A stretch of 64,000 nucleotides of DNA from Sphingobium sp. 66-54 (GTDB taxonomy: Bacteria; Pseudomonadota; Alphaproteobacteria; Sphingomonadales; Sphingomonadaceae): positions 6,446-70,445 of the forward strand of contig MKWI01000019.1 of the NCBI GenBank assembly GCA_001899715.1. The letters are read 5' to 3'. Every line of letters starts with the position of its first letter. Position 1 is the stretch's first letter. The notes below the pieces were generated by a model. That model searched no databases. It saw nothing but the letters and a program-made list of their open reading frames with translations, and was not told the origin of the DNA. Both the position numbers and the translations under genes were made by a program. Shown here one piece after another: positions 29,491 through 37,323 of the stretch.

Positions 29491-29639
29491 AGCTGGATCA
29501 CTCCGTTGTAAACGAGGGTTAGGGCGGCGCCGATCATGGCGACGAAGGCCAGCACGCCGGCGGTTTCGGCAAGGCCGGGAATTTCGTGGCGGTGGCGGCA
29601 GAACAGGCAGGCGCATCGCCCGCGCGCATGGTCACGCAT
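29487..29639 (-). CDS. 50-aa Cys/His plus TM peptide (not in ORF track)
   Basis: MRDHARGRCACLFCRHRHEIPGLAETAGVLAFVAMIGAALTLVYNGVIQL; overlaps both neighbours. Confidence 0.6.
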   Translation of the reverse strand: MRDHARGRCACLFCRHRHEIPGLAETAGVLAFVAMIGAALTLVYNGVIQL

Positions 29640-32310
29640 GGTCGCTTCTCCGGTTGGTTGTGGGGGTTTTCGGCCGCTCGAAAATCCAGCAATGCTGGGA
29701 CTGGCCGCTGATCGTATTGACGCTGTCCGCGCGGATGAACCGGCGGGATTTCGAGCCTTTCAGGTGACGTTTGAGGTCCTGCTCGTGGGGCGGGACGAGG
29801 TTGCGGGCGCGGCACCGTTCCTCGAAATGCGGCAGCGAAACGGCGATCAGTTCGTCATCCTTGCGGTGGCGGTTGATCCTGTGCTCGGGGGGCGTGTTCT
29901 CGTCCTCGCGACCTTCGATGTAATCGAACAGTTCCCAGAAGCGCGCCACCACGGGATGATCGGCGGATAGCGCCGAGCGGCGCTCGACGGCCATGGCGTA
30001 GATGCGTTCGATGGTTGTGGCCCGCGCGTCGTCGGGGACGGGCACGATGGCGCGCAGCGCATCGAGGCCGGCGGCGAGCTGGGCGTGGTTCTTGACGATG
30101 CGGACGTTACGGATCTGCCCGCGCCGGTCCATCTCCGCCTCATGCTCGGCATAAGCGGCGCGGAACGCCTTGAGATAATCCGCCTCGCGCCGGACCATGT
30201 GGACCATGAAGCCGGAGACATCCTCGATCGGCCAGTGCTCCAGCTTGGCGGCGGCGATCTTGGTTTGCGTGGTGAAGCCGGCCTTGTCGAAATGGAGCTG
30301 CATGATACGCTCCAGCACGGCCGGGCTGGCGTCTACCGGGTTGTTCTGCTCGATGACGATGGCGCCACGGAAAGGCGGCTCATAGGTCTCGTTGCCGCCG
30401 TTGCGCACGCCGCGCGAGCGCACCGAGCGGCCGTTATAGGCGGTTTTCAGTTCTTCCCATTCGAACCGGCGGCTGTGGCTGGCCTTGTCGTCGTCGCGGT
30501 CGCCCTCCAGCAACACCACGGGAAGGTTGCCGACCTTGCCGAGATTGCGCGCGATGGCGGCGCTGGTGGCCTTTTGCGGGTCAAAGCCCTCATAATCGCC
30601 GCGACCCGCCGTTTTCCACAGGAACTCGAACAGCGTCGATTTGCCGGTGCCGGGCAGGCCGGTAGCCTCCAGAAAGGGGAGGCTCTTGTGCAGCGCGCGG
30701 ATCTGCTCCGCGAAGAAGCTCATCACCCAGAAGCTGGTGGCGATCAGCCCGTTGGTGCCGAACGCCGTCCAGACGACAGGCAGCCATTCGGTATCGAGCC
30801 GATCGGGATCATAGTCGATCGACAGCATCCGCTCGCTGGTGCGCAGCTTGAGCGACATCTTGCCGAAATCGAAATAATCTTCGTCGTTGATGCGCTGGAC
30901 GCGGCCTTGCCGCACGGCGATTTCGCCGAACACCCACGCCTCATGGTCCCGGCTGTAGCCGGTGAAATCGAGCGTCTCCACTTCGCGGATACCCCTTTTG
31001 CCTTTTTGAAGATCAATGATTTTTTCGAGCTGGCGGGTGCTGCCCACCCACTGCGCGCCGGGCGCCACGCCGAGCAGGCGCTTCTTGAACTCCGGCCCGG
31101 CCGCCATCGCCGCCGTGGAGAAAGCCGCCTTGGCCGGCCGGCGGCCGGAGGGCGTATCGACCCGGAGATAATAATGGCTCTCGTCCGTGGCCGCGTCGGT
31201 CTGAAAATAGAGGATACGGAAGGCGCAGCTCGCGATTTCGTCGATATCGGCGCAGGCGCGCGCGGCGGCCTTTTCCGTCACGCCCTCGGCCGTCATCACC
31301 TCGGCGATGCGGGCCCGGTTGAAGCTGGCCCACCAGGTGCGGCTGTCGTGGACGAACGAGAAGCTGCCCCACTTCTTGCGATCGAAGATCAGACACGCCT
31401 TTTCAGTGGCGTTGGGCGCGATCATCACCTCGCCGTGCCAGAGATATTCTTCCAGATCGGCGGGGGTCAGCCGCCCGCGCTGATGCAGGTCGTTCCAATC
31501 TACCTTGTCGCCTTCGCCTTCCGGCAGCGGCGTGGCGGCAGTGGCGAGCCATCCCTCGTCCCGCGCGCGCTTGACGAACTCGATGCTCTTTTCCCGCCCG
31601 GCCTTGCCGACATCGAAGGCGAAGATGAGCAGCGGCCCGGCGCCGATCTCCAGCTCCGCCATGGTGCGGCGCAGCTCGGCCAGCGCGATCTCGGGATAAT
31701 TGTAGCAGGACATGGCGGAGGCGGAGACCTCGCCATTGCTGGTGAGGGCGAAGGAATCGAAGATGCCCTCCGCGATCCAGATGCGCGGCGCGCGTGCCAG
31801 CGCCTCCATGGTGACGGCCGGCGCCGTCCACCACTGGCCGCCATATTCCTTGCCCCACGCAAACCGCGCCTTCCGGTCGAACCGGCCGGGCTGGTCGATC
31901 AGCCGTTCCCACCAGCTCCCGCCGGGCAGCGGAAAGCGCACCGTGGCGCTGGCCTGGCCCGTCTCCCGATCGACATAATTTTCTTGGCTGTAGCTGCCGC
32001 GCAGCCCGCGCAGATCGAAGCCGCGCGCGTGGGAGAGGTAGGCGTCGGCGGCTGCGTTGGGGTTGGCCTCATCCGCCTGATAGCGTTTCGACCAATTGTC
32101 GAAAATATCGGAATAGCGCTCTTTAACATGCTGTTCCCAACCGCATTTATTCGCCCGGTCGCAGCGCAGCACCCAGGGCGATTCCGCATTGGTGAACAGC
32201 TCTTTGCTGCCGCATTGCGGGCATTTGCCTTTGCGCAGCCAGCCACCGCTCGCCACGAATTTGAATTCGGCGAGGCGCTCCAGCACTTCTTTTCGAATAT
32301 CGTCGCGCAT
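29632..32310 (-). CDS. Zn-finger/TOPRIM primase-helicase replication protein
   Basis: CPQCG..C.R.NKCG; AEGIFD; AFDVG (TOPRIM); GLPGTGKS Walker A. Confidence 0.88.
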   Translation of the reverse strand: MRDDIRKEVLERLAEFKFVASGGWLRKGKCPQCGSKELFTNAESPWVLRCDRANKCGWEQHVKERYSDIFDNWSKRYQADEANPNAAADAYLSHARGFDLRGLRGSYSQENYVDRETGQASATVRFPLPGGSWWERLIDQPGRFDRKARFAWGKEYGGQWWTAPAVTMEALARAPRIWIAEGIFDSFALTSNGEVSASAMSCYNYPEIALAELRRTMAELEIGAGPLLIFAFDVGKAGREKSIEFVKRARDEGWLATAATPLPEGEGDKVDWNDLHQRGRLTPADLEEYLWHGEVMIAPNATEKACLIFDRKKWGSFSFVHDSRTWWASFNRARIAEVMTAEGVTEKAAARACADIDEIASCAFRILYFQTDAATDESHYYLRVDTPSGRRPAKAAFSTAAMAAGPEFKKRLLGVAPGAQWVGSTRQLEKIIDLQKGKRGIREVETLDFTGYSRDHEAWVFGEIAVRQGRVQRINDEDYFDFGKMSLKLRTSERMLSIDYDPDRLDTEWLPVVWTAFGTNGLIATSFWVMSFFAEQIRALHKSLPFLEATGLPGTGKSTLFEFLWKTAGRGDYEGFDPQKATSAAIARNLGKVGNLPVVLLEGDRDDDKASHSRRFEWEELKTAYNGRSVRSRGVRNGGNETYEPPFRGAIVIEQNNPVDASPAVLERIMQLHFDKAGFTTQTKIAAAKLEHWPIEDVSGFMVHMVRREADYLKAFRAAYAEHEAEMDRRGQIRNVRIVKNHAQLAAGLDALRAIVPVPDDARATTIERIYAMAVERRSALSADHPVVARFWELFDYIEGREDENTPPEHRINRHRKDDELIAVSLPHFEERCRARNLVPPHEQDLKRHLKGSKSRRFIRADSVNTISGQSQHCWIFERPKTPTTNRRSDHA

Positions 32311-32400
32311 GGGGGTGGGCTGGTCTCGCAGGCAAGGGGAGAGCGTCTCCGGCGAGAGGGCTCGCCGGCGGGTGATGGGTCGCGGATGGATGGGGAGGGG

Positions 32401-32763
32401 CTAGGCCGGTGGATCGTCGCCGCCATCCCGACACAGGTCGAGCAGCGACATCTGGCCATATTCATGGCCGGGGGGCTTGGTCTCCTCGATGTGCGGCAGG
32501 CGAAATTCAGGTGAGATGCCAGACGGCGAAATGACCGCGACGATGGAGAGCATCGACTTCCACGTCATCGAGCAGGCGATGTTGCCGCAGTAATAATAAA
32601 GCTGGCGGACCGTGGGCGTGAGTTCTTCGGACGTGCGCACGAAGGAGCGCGATCCGCAGACCGGGCATTTCATCATGGGCATGCGCCCCCGGTCGCGAAA
32701 TGCGCGCGATGCCGTCATGGGGGCCCAAACGGTGCTGTGGTCAAACTGAACGGCGCTGTTCAT
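32401..32763 (-). CDS. ogr: Ogr/Delta-like zinc-finger late activator
   Basis: CPVCGS.S.VRTS..L..YYYCGNIACS.TW..I..ISPSG; start uncertain. Confidence 0.88.
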   Translation of the reverse strand: MNSAVQFDHSTVWAPMTASRAFRDRGRMPMMKCPVCGSRSFVRTSEELTPTVRQLYYYCGNIACSMTWKSMLSIVAVISPSGISPEFRLPHIEETKPPGHEYGQMSLLDLCRDGGDDPPA

Positions 32764-33226
32764 CCTGCCCCCCAAGATAATCCGAACCGCCCAGGCGCGC
32801 GGCCATGGCGGTGAGCGATGCCACGCCCTCCTCGATTTCGAGTAGCGCGCGGGTGAGCAGGCGCCGGTCGCCGTGCCGCTCGATCGCGGCCATGGCGGCG
32901 GCAATCGCCTCGCCCGTCTCGCGCGCGGCATCGCCGGCGGCGGCGATCATCTCGCCCAGCGACGCGCGGTTTTCGTCACCGCCCATTTCGAGCTGGAGCG
33001 CGTAGCATTCGAGCAGCGGCGCCCCCGCGCCCCCGGCGCGCTGATAGGCCGCATCGAGCCGCCGCGCATCGCGCATGCTGATCTCGCGCTCGATATCGGG
33101 GTCGGAGAGCTTGCGCACCGCGCTCTCGCTCTTGCCGAGGATCTGCGCGCAGCCATCCATGCCGATCTGCCCGGCGATGCGCATCAGCGCGCGTTCAAAG
33201 GTGAGGGGCTGCCGCTCCTTCGTCAC
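32741..33226 (-). CDS. CII-like phage regulatory protein
   Basis: N-terminal HTH-like GKSESAVRKLSDPD; position downstream of cro. Confidence 0.55.
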   Translation of the reverse strand: MTKERQPLTFERALMRIAGQIGMDGCAQILGKSESAVRKLSDPDIEREISMRDARRLDAAYQRAGGAGAPLLECYALQLEMGGDENRASLGEMIAAAGDAARETGEAIAAAMAAIERHGDRRLLTRALLEIEEGVASLTAMAARLGGSDYLGGQDEQRRSV

Positions 33227-33528
33227 GCGCGGCTTCTCCAGTCGCTGCCCATGAAGATGGTGCCCGGCGGCGGGGGGACGTTGCCGCCGGGCACTGCCGC
33301 TGCGCTGGCGGACGGGGGCACTGTGGGAGGTGTGCCGTCCCCCGGCGCGGCGGCGAGGCGCGCAAGAAGATCGCGGGTGTGGCAGGCGAGCGCATCGGCA
33401 TCGTCCCAGCCATCGCCGTTCAGATAGGCGCAGTTCTCATCATCGCTATCGACACGGGTGTGCCAGTCGGCCCAGCCCTGCAAAACGTGGCGAACTTCCC
33501 GTTCCAGTTTGGCTTTCTTGCCGGTCAT
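33223..33528 (-). CDS. Phage hypothetical protein
   Basis: Coupled ORF in the early operon. Confidence 0.6.
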   Translation of the reverse strand: MTGKKAKLEREVRHVLQGWADWHTRVDSDDENCAYLNGDGWDDADALACHTRDLLARLAAAPGDGTPPTVPPSASAAAVPGGNVPPPPGTIFMGSDWRSRA

Positions 33529-33701
33529 GACGGCACCTTCATGCATGGCACGATGCCGGCGCAGTCGCTGCGGCACACCGGGCAATCGCAGGGCTCACGC
33601 TCGGCCCGCCGTTCGCGCGGGGCGGGCGTATGGAACATGCGGTGCCCGCGCGGGGTGCGCTGGGCAGGACCGGGGCGGCCGGTGACGCGGAGCGGGATCA
33701 T
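33525..33701 (-). CDS. 58-aa Cys-rich peptide (not in ORF track)
   Basis: ..EPCDCPVCRSDCAGIVPCMKVPS; ATGA overlaps at both ends. Confidence 0.6.
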   Translation of the reverse strand: MIPLRVTGRPGPAQRTPRGHRMFHTPAPRERRAEREPCDCPVCRSDCAGIVPCMKVPS

Positions 33702-34063
33702 GCGGCGGGCCTTTCGATGGAGAGAGCAGGGCCGGGCAAACAGGCGTCGGCGCCGATCTGGCGCAGCATGCGCGCCGCCGTCTTGCCGCAGCGTCTGGCC
33801 GGCATGGTGACGATCATCATGGGCCGGTGCGCCCGCCCGGCGGCGATCGCCGCGCGGGCGGAGGCGGTGAGCGCAATCGGCTGATCCGCCGCGCTCTGGC
33901 GCAGATTGCCGAGATTGCGCTGGGTGGAGATCGCCTTGCGAATGTCCACGCCGCGCGCGGGCACCGCCTCGCGCAGCGCCGGCATCGCGATCGACCCGCC
34001 AGCATCGAACGCGGCATTGAGGATGAGCAACTCCAGCGGGTGCTGGTCGGTGGGATGCGTCAT
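33698..34063 (-). CDS. Phage hypothetical protein (possible winged helix)
   Basis: Coupled to cro by an ATGA overlap. Confidence 0.6.
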   Translation of the reverse strand: MTHPTDQHPLELLILNAAFDAGGSIAMPALREAVPARGVDIRKAISTQRNLGNLRQSAADQPIALTASARAAIAAGRAHRPMMIVTMPARRCGKTAARMLRQIGADACLPGPALSIERPAA

Positions 34064-34383
34064 GCCACCGCGCTCCCGTCCAAAACGGGCTGCCGATTGG
34101 ACTGGCGCCCGAAGCTGCGCGCCGACATGATCGGCGCGCAGTCCGTGGGAGGCTCGGGATCGGTGGGAAACGTGGAATGGTCGATGGGGTAAATGTCGGG
34201 GCGAAGCAGGTGGCGGGAGACGCCCGTGGCTGCCTCGACCTTGAGGACTTGCTCGGCGGGCAGCCGCTTGGAACTCTGTATCCACTTCCACACGGCGGTG
34301 CCGGAAACCTCGCAGATGCGTGCCAGCGCGGCGTTGCTGCCGGCGGCGTCGCGCGCTGCGAGCAGGGCTTGGTAGGGTGTCAT
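34060..34383 (-). CDS. cro: Cro-like (YdaS-type) HTH regulator
   Basis: AALARICEVSGTAVWKW..VEAATGVSRHLLRPDIYP. Confidence 0.88.
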   Translation of the reverse strand: MTPYQALLAARDAAGSNAALARICEVSGTAVWKWIQSSKRLPAEQVLKVEAATGVSRHLLRPDIYPIDHSTFPTDPEPPTDCAPIMSARSFGRQSNRQPVLDGSAVA

Positions 34384-34388
34384 TGCGT

Positions 34389-34469
34389 CAACCATGGTGG
34401 CGATATTGACAACCAAAGTTACTACAGTCAACCACCAAAGTTGATACTGTCGCGCATCAACCAAAGTTG
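34389..34469. promoter_or_regulatory. cI/cro operator array, four sites CAAC-N4-GTTG
   Basis: CAACCATGGTGG 34389, CAACCAAAGTTA 34410, CCACCAAAGTTG 34432, CAACCAAAGTTG 34458. Confidence 0.8.
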
Positions 34470-34481
34470 CGACAATAAGCC

Positions 34482-35000
34482 ATGATCCGGGGAGACAGGA
34501 TTCGTGAGCGATTAAACGCGCTTGACCGCTCGCAGGGCTGGCTTGCGCGTGAGATAGAGGTGTCGCCCCAGGCGATCAGCAAGATGGTGTCTGGCAAGGT
34601 TGGCGATTCGCCGAAGCTCTATCAGATCGCCCGCGCGCTGGAGACGAGCGTAGAATTTCTCATCGGCGAGAGCGACGACGCATCACCCCAACGAGTGGCC
34701 GAGGGGCGCGGTGGCTATCGTGCCGAACCGCTCGCGAAGACCGGCCGGGTTCAATATGTGTCCATGGCAGTGGCGATGCCTAATGAAAATGCCCTTGCTG
34801 ATATGATGGAAAGCCTGCTGGCGCTCGTGCCTGAAAATGCAACGCGGGTTGAAGCCGCGCGAATTCTCGCTCAGCGGCTGCCAGCTGGCTTTGCAGCGAT
34901 CGGACCTGTTCAGCCCGCTGCGGGCACGGAGACAATGACTGCATCCGCAAAGTCTGCTCGATCTCCCGCCACAGGTCGTTCCTCGCGGCAACGATCGTAG
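34482..35000 (+). CDS. cI: CI-like XRE repressor lacking an S24 peptidase domain
   Basis: N-terminal XRE HTH (SQGWLAREIEVSPQAISKM..IARALETSVEFL); divergent from cro; no GDSM/K catalytic motif. Confidence 0.85.
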   Translation: MIRGDRIRERLNALDRSQGWLAREIEVSPQAISKMVSGKVGDSPKLYQIARALETSVEFLIGESDDASPQRVAEGRGGYRAEPLAKTGRVQYVSMAVAMPNENALADMMESLLALVPENATRVEAARILAQRLPAGFAAIGPVQPAAGTETMTASAKSARSPATGRSSRQRS

Positions 35001-35070
35001 CGCATCGCACGCTGCACCGTTCGCAGTTCAATTCGCAACCAGGTGTCAGCCTCATAGCCTGCGCACTCAC
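34780..35070 (-). CDS. Cys-rich 96-aa protein, candidate SOS-induced antirepressor
   Basis: GTG start 7 nt after GAGG; CxxxCxxCxxxC motif then a coiled coil; LexA box immediately upstream. Confidence 0.6.
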   Translation of the reverse strand: MSAQAMRLTPGCELNCERCSVRCATIVAARNDLWREIEQTLRMQSLSPCPQRAEQVRSLQSQLAAAEREFARLQPALHFQARAPAGFPSYQQGHFH

Positions 35071-35085
35071 TTCTTCCCCTCCCTT

Positions 35086-35100
35086 GTTCTCTATACGTTC
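35086..35100 (-). promoter_or_regulatory. LexA box overlapping a -10-like TATAGA
   Basis: GAAC-GTATAGA-GAAC on the minus strand (exact GAAC-N7-GAAC). Confidence 0.75.
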
Positions 35101-35201
35101 CATCTTTGGCTAATGCGGGAGGAGTAGGAAAGTCGTAAACGCGCTGGCAATTCGCGGGGGGAAATGGCAGCGGTCTGGCGTGAGTAGGGGAGGGGTGCAC
35201 G

Positions 35202-35384
35202 ATGAAGTTTGGCGATTGGCCGTGTCCACAGTGCCGCAAGCCATCGAGCCTGCTGGCGACGCGTTGCCCGCACTGTACGGTTGTCTGGACCAAGGATGAG
35301 CGTCGTGGCCGCATCAAGGAATTCTGGCTAGCCGTTGTCTGCTTGATCGTGATCGTGGTTGCTTTGGCATTCTGGCTGTCCTAA
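35202..35384 (+). CDS. Zinc-ribbon plus C-terminal TM protein, 60 aa
   Basis: CPQC..CPHC, hydrophobic tail; GGAGG RBS. Confidence 0.75.
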   Translation: MKFGDWPCPQCRKPSSLLATRCPHCTVVWTKDERRGRIKEFWLAVVCLIVIVVALAFWLS

Positions 35385-35390
35385 ATAATC

Positions 35391-35437
35391 GTATATACAA
35401 TTAGCTCTTGCGGTCTCCTAGCTAATTGTATATACAA
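35391..35437. promoter_or_regulatory. brnTA operator/promoter inverted repeat
   Basis: Perfect 16-bp IR GTATATACAATTAGCT-N13-AGCTAATTGTATATAC; TTGTATATACAA palindrome 5 nt before the ATG. Confidence 0.8.
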
Positions 35438-35442
35438 TCGGC

Positions 35443-35691
35443 ATGGATATCGAGTTCGATCCCGCGAAAGACGCTCTCAACATCGACAAGCATGGCGTTT
35501 CGCTCGCCCGCTTCGTGGATATGGACGTGGCGTCGATCGTCGAGGATGATCGGTTCGATGAACCCCGCCTGCGCATCTACGGGCAGCTTGACGGCATCTG
35601 GCACTGCGCCGCCGTCACGATCCGGGCCACGGCATATCGTGTCATCAGCCTGCGCAGGGCACACGCAAAGGAGATCAGGCGCCATGTCTGA
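35443..35691 (+). CDS. brnT: BrnT family toxin
   Basis: EFDPAKDALNIDKHGVSL, DEPR..G, RVISLRRA..KE. Confidence 0.92.
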   Translation: MDIEFDPAKDALNIDKHGVSLARFVDMDVASIVEDDRFDEPRLRIYGQLDGIWHCAAVTIRATAYRVISLRRAHAKEIRRHV

Positions 35692-35935
35692 CAAGCCGGT
35701 CAAGTTCGACCATGACAATCCCGAGTGGACCAAGGAGGATTTTGCGCGCGCGAAACCGCTTTCGGCCTATCCCGATCTGGCGGCAGCCATGAAGAAAGCG
35801 CGCGGTGCGCAGAAGGCGCCGACGAAGAAGGCCGTCTCGATCCGGCTCGATGCCGATCTGGTGGATCGCCTGCGCGCGTCCGGCCGGGGCTGGCAGGGGC
35901 GGGTGAATGAGCTGCTGCGCCGGGCGCTGGATTAG
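35684..35935 (+). CDS. brnA: BrnA family antitoxin
   Basis: DNPEWT.EDFARA, K.AVSIRLDADLVD..GRGWQGRVNE.L. Confidence 0.92.
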   Translation: MSDKPVKFDHDNPEWTKEDFARAKPLSAYPDLAAAMKKARGAQKAPTKKAVSIRLDADLVDRLRASGRGWQGRVNELLRRALD

Positions 35936-36948
35936 CGCGCCGCCTCCAGCTCCAGCTCTGTCAACAGGCCGCCTTGCGCGTCCATCTTGTGCGTGGCGGC
36001 CTCGACCAGCCATGAGCGGCCGTTGATCTCGTCCTTATAGCCGGTGAGCGTCACCGGAATTTCCGGGAAGATATCCGGCCGTCCGAGCGCCAGCGTGATG
36101 CGAGCCTTGGCGACCCGGCGCTGGATGCGGCTCGCTTCGGCCGCCGCTGCCTGTTGTGCGTCCGCCTCGCTCGCATAGACCTTGCGCAGCCGCTTGGGTT
36201 TGCCTTCGCCGCCGCCGTCATGCGTCACGGTCTTGCGGGTGCCGCTCGCCTTGTCATGCCAGCTCGCTGTGACGCCGCCATATTTCTCCCGCTCGACCCG
36301 CTCATAGTCGATGCGGGGCGCGTCCCGCCGGTCGATCTCGATCGTCGGCAGCGCCGTGCCGCTGGCGGTGCGCCCGCTGCCGACCGGGGCGAAGATCAGC
36401 GTGCCGCCCTTGACTGTGGCGACGGCGTCGAACCGCCGGCCGAGCGCCGCGAGCAGCGCCGCATCGCTTTTGGCGCCGGAGCCGAGCGCGGGAATCGTCT
36501 TGCCGCCCAGCGCGTCGTCCACCTTGGCGGTGAGGCCGTTGGCGCCGGCGATGGTGTCCACGATCTCCTTCACCGTCTTGCCGACGAAGCTGCGCTCGCG
36601 CCGCACGCGGAAGGCATCGGTGAAGTCGGCGGAGCGCGCGCGGATGGTGATGATGTCCGGCGGGCCGGAGAACTTGGCTTCATCCACCTTGAAGCTGCCC
36701 TTGTCGATCAGGCCGGTGGGCAGGTTGCTGCCATCCCTCCATCCCATGCTGACCTTGAGCATGGCGCCGGCCGGCGGGATGGCCAGCGCGCCATCCTTGT
36801 CGTGCAGCACGATATCGAGCTGATCCGCCGCTTCCGATCGTTTCTCGCTGATCGCGAGCGAGATCAGGCGCGGGTCCATGGTGGCGGTCAGGTCGCGGCC
36901 ATCCATCGTCACCTGCCAGCCCGCGCGCGGATGGCGATAGCCGCTCAA
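35932..36948 (-). CDS. D: P2 gpD-like tail protein
   Basis: Last gene of the tail operon; DQLDIVLHD, TI.ARSADF motifs. Confidence 0.88.
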   Translation of the reverse strand: MSGYRHPRAGWQVTMDGRDLTATMDPRLISLAISEKRSEAADQLDIVLHDKDGALAIPPAGAMLKVSMGWRDGSNLPTGLIDKGSFKVDEAKFSGPPDIITIRARSADFTDAFRVRRERSFVGKTVKEIVDTIAGANGLTAKVDDALGGKTIPALGSGAKSDAALLAALGRRFDAVATVKGGTLIFAPVGSGRTASGTALPTIEIDRRDAPRIDYERVEREKYGGVTASWHDKASGTRKTVTHDGGGEGKPKRLRKVYASEADAQQAAAAEASRIQRRVAKARITLALGRPDIFPEIPVTLTGYKDEINGRSWLVEAATHKMDAQGGLLTELELEAAR

Positions 36949-37319
36949 TCCACGCGCTCCAGCTCAAGGCTGAAATCGGCCTTGCGGGCGAAGCCGTCGA
37001 CCAGAAACAGTTCGCTGGTCAGCTCCAGCGAGAGGATGACGCACTGCCCCAGCACTTCGCCCCGGCCCGAGAGCAATGGGTAGCTCTCGCCGGTATCCGC
37101 CATCTCGCGGATCCGCGCGATGCTGGAGTAGCTGCCGGCAACGCCGGGATAGAGCGCGCCGGTCAGGCTGATCGTTTCATCGCCCGGCCCGACATATTGC
37201 GCCGCCGGCCGCGCGCCGAACCGCTCGGACTTGGCATGGCGCCAGTTCCACGCCTGGCGGAGCTGCTGGTAGGGCAGGGTGCCGATCTCGAAGAGGAATG
37301 TGTCAAGGGACATCATCAT
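36945..37319 (-). CDS. U: P2 gpU-like tail protein
   Basis: MSL..F.F....PYQ.L..W.H..R.G.RPA.QYVGPGDE.I.L.G. Confidence 0.9.
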   Translation of the reverse strand: MMMSLDTFLFEIGTLPYQQLRQAWNWRHAKSERFGARPAAQYVGPGDETISLTGALYPGVAGSYSSIARIREMADTGESYPLLSGRGEVLGQCVILSLELTSELFLVDGFARKADFSLELERVD

Positions 37320-37323
37320 CGGC

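Noticed and set aside
30085-32514. Long antisense ORFs (also 4796-6196, 9805-11163, 37279-38664, 55445-56911, 57362-59203)
   Set aside because: Shadow frames of well-supported genes in high-GC DNA, with no recognisable motifs or RBS.
34482-35000. RecA-cleavable lambda-type CI
   Set aside because: No S24 peptidase Ser/Lys motif; the C-terminal half is short and partly low-complexity.
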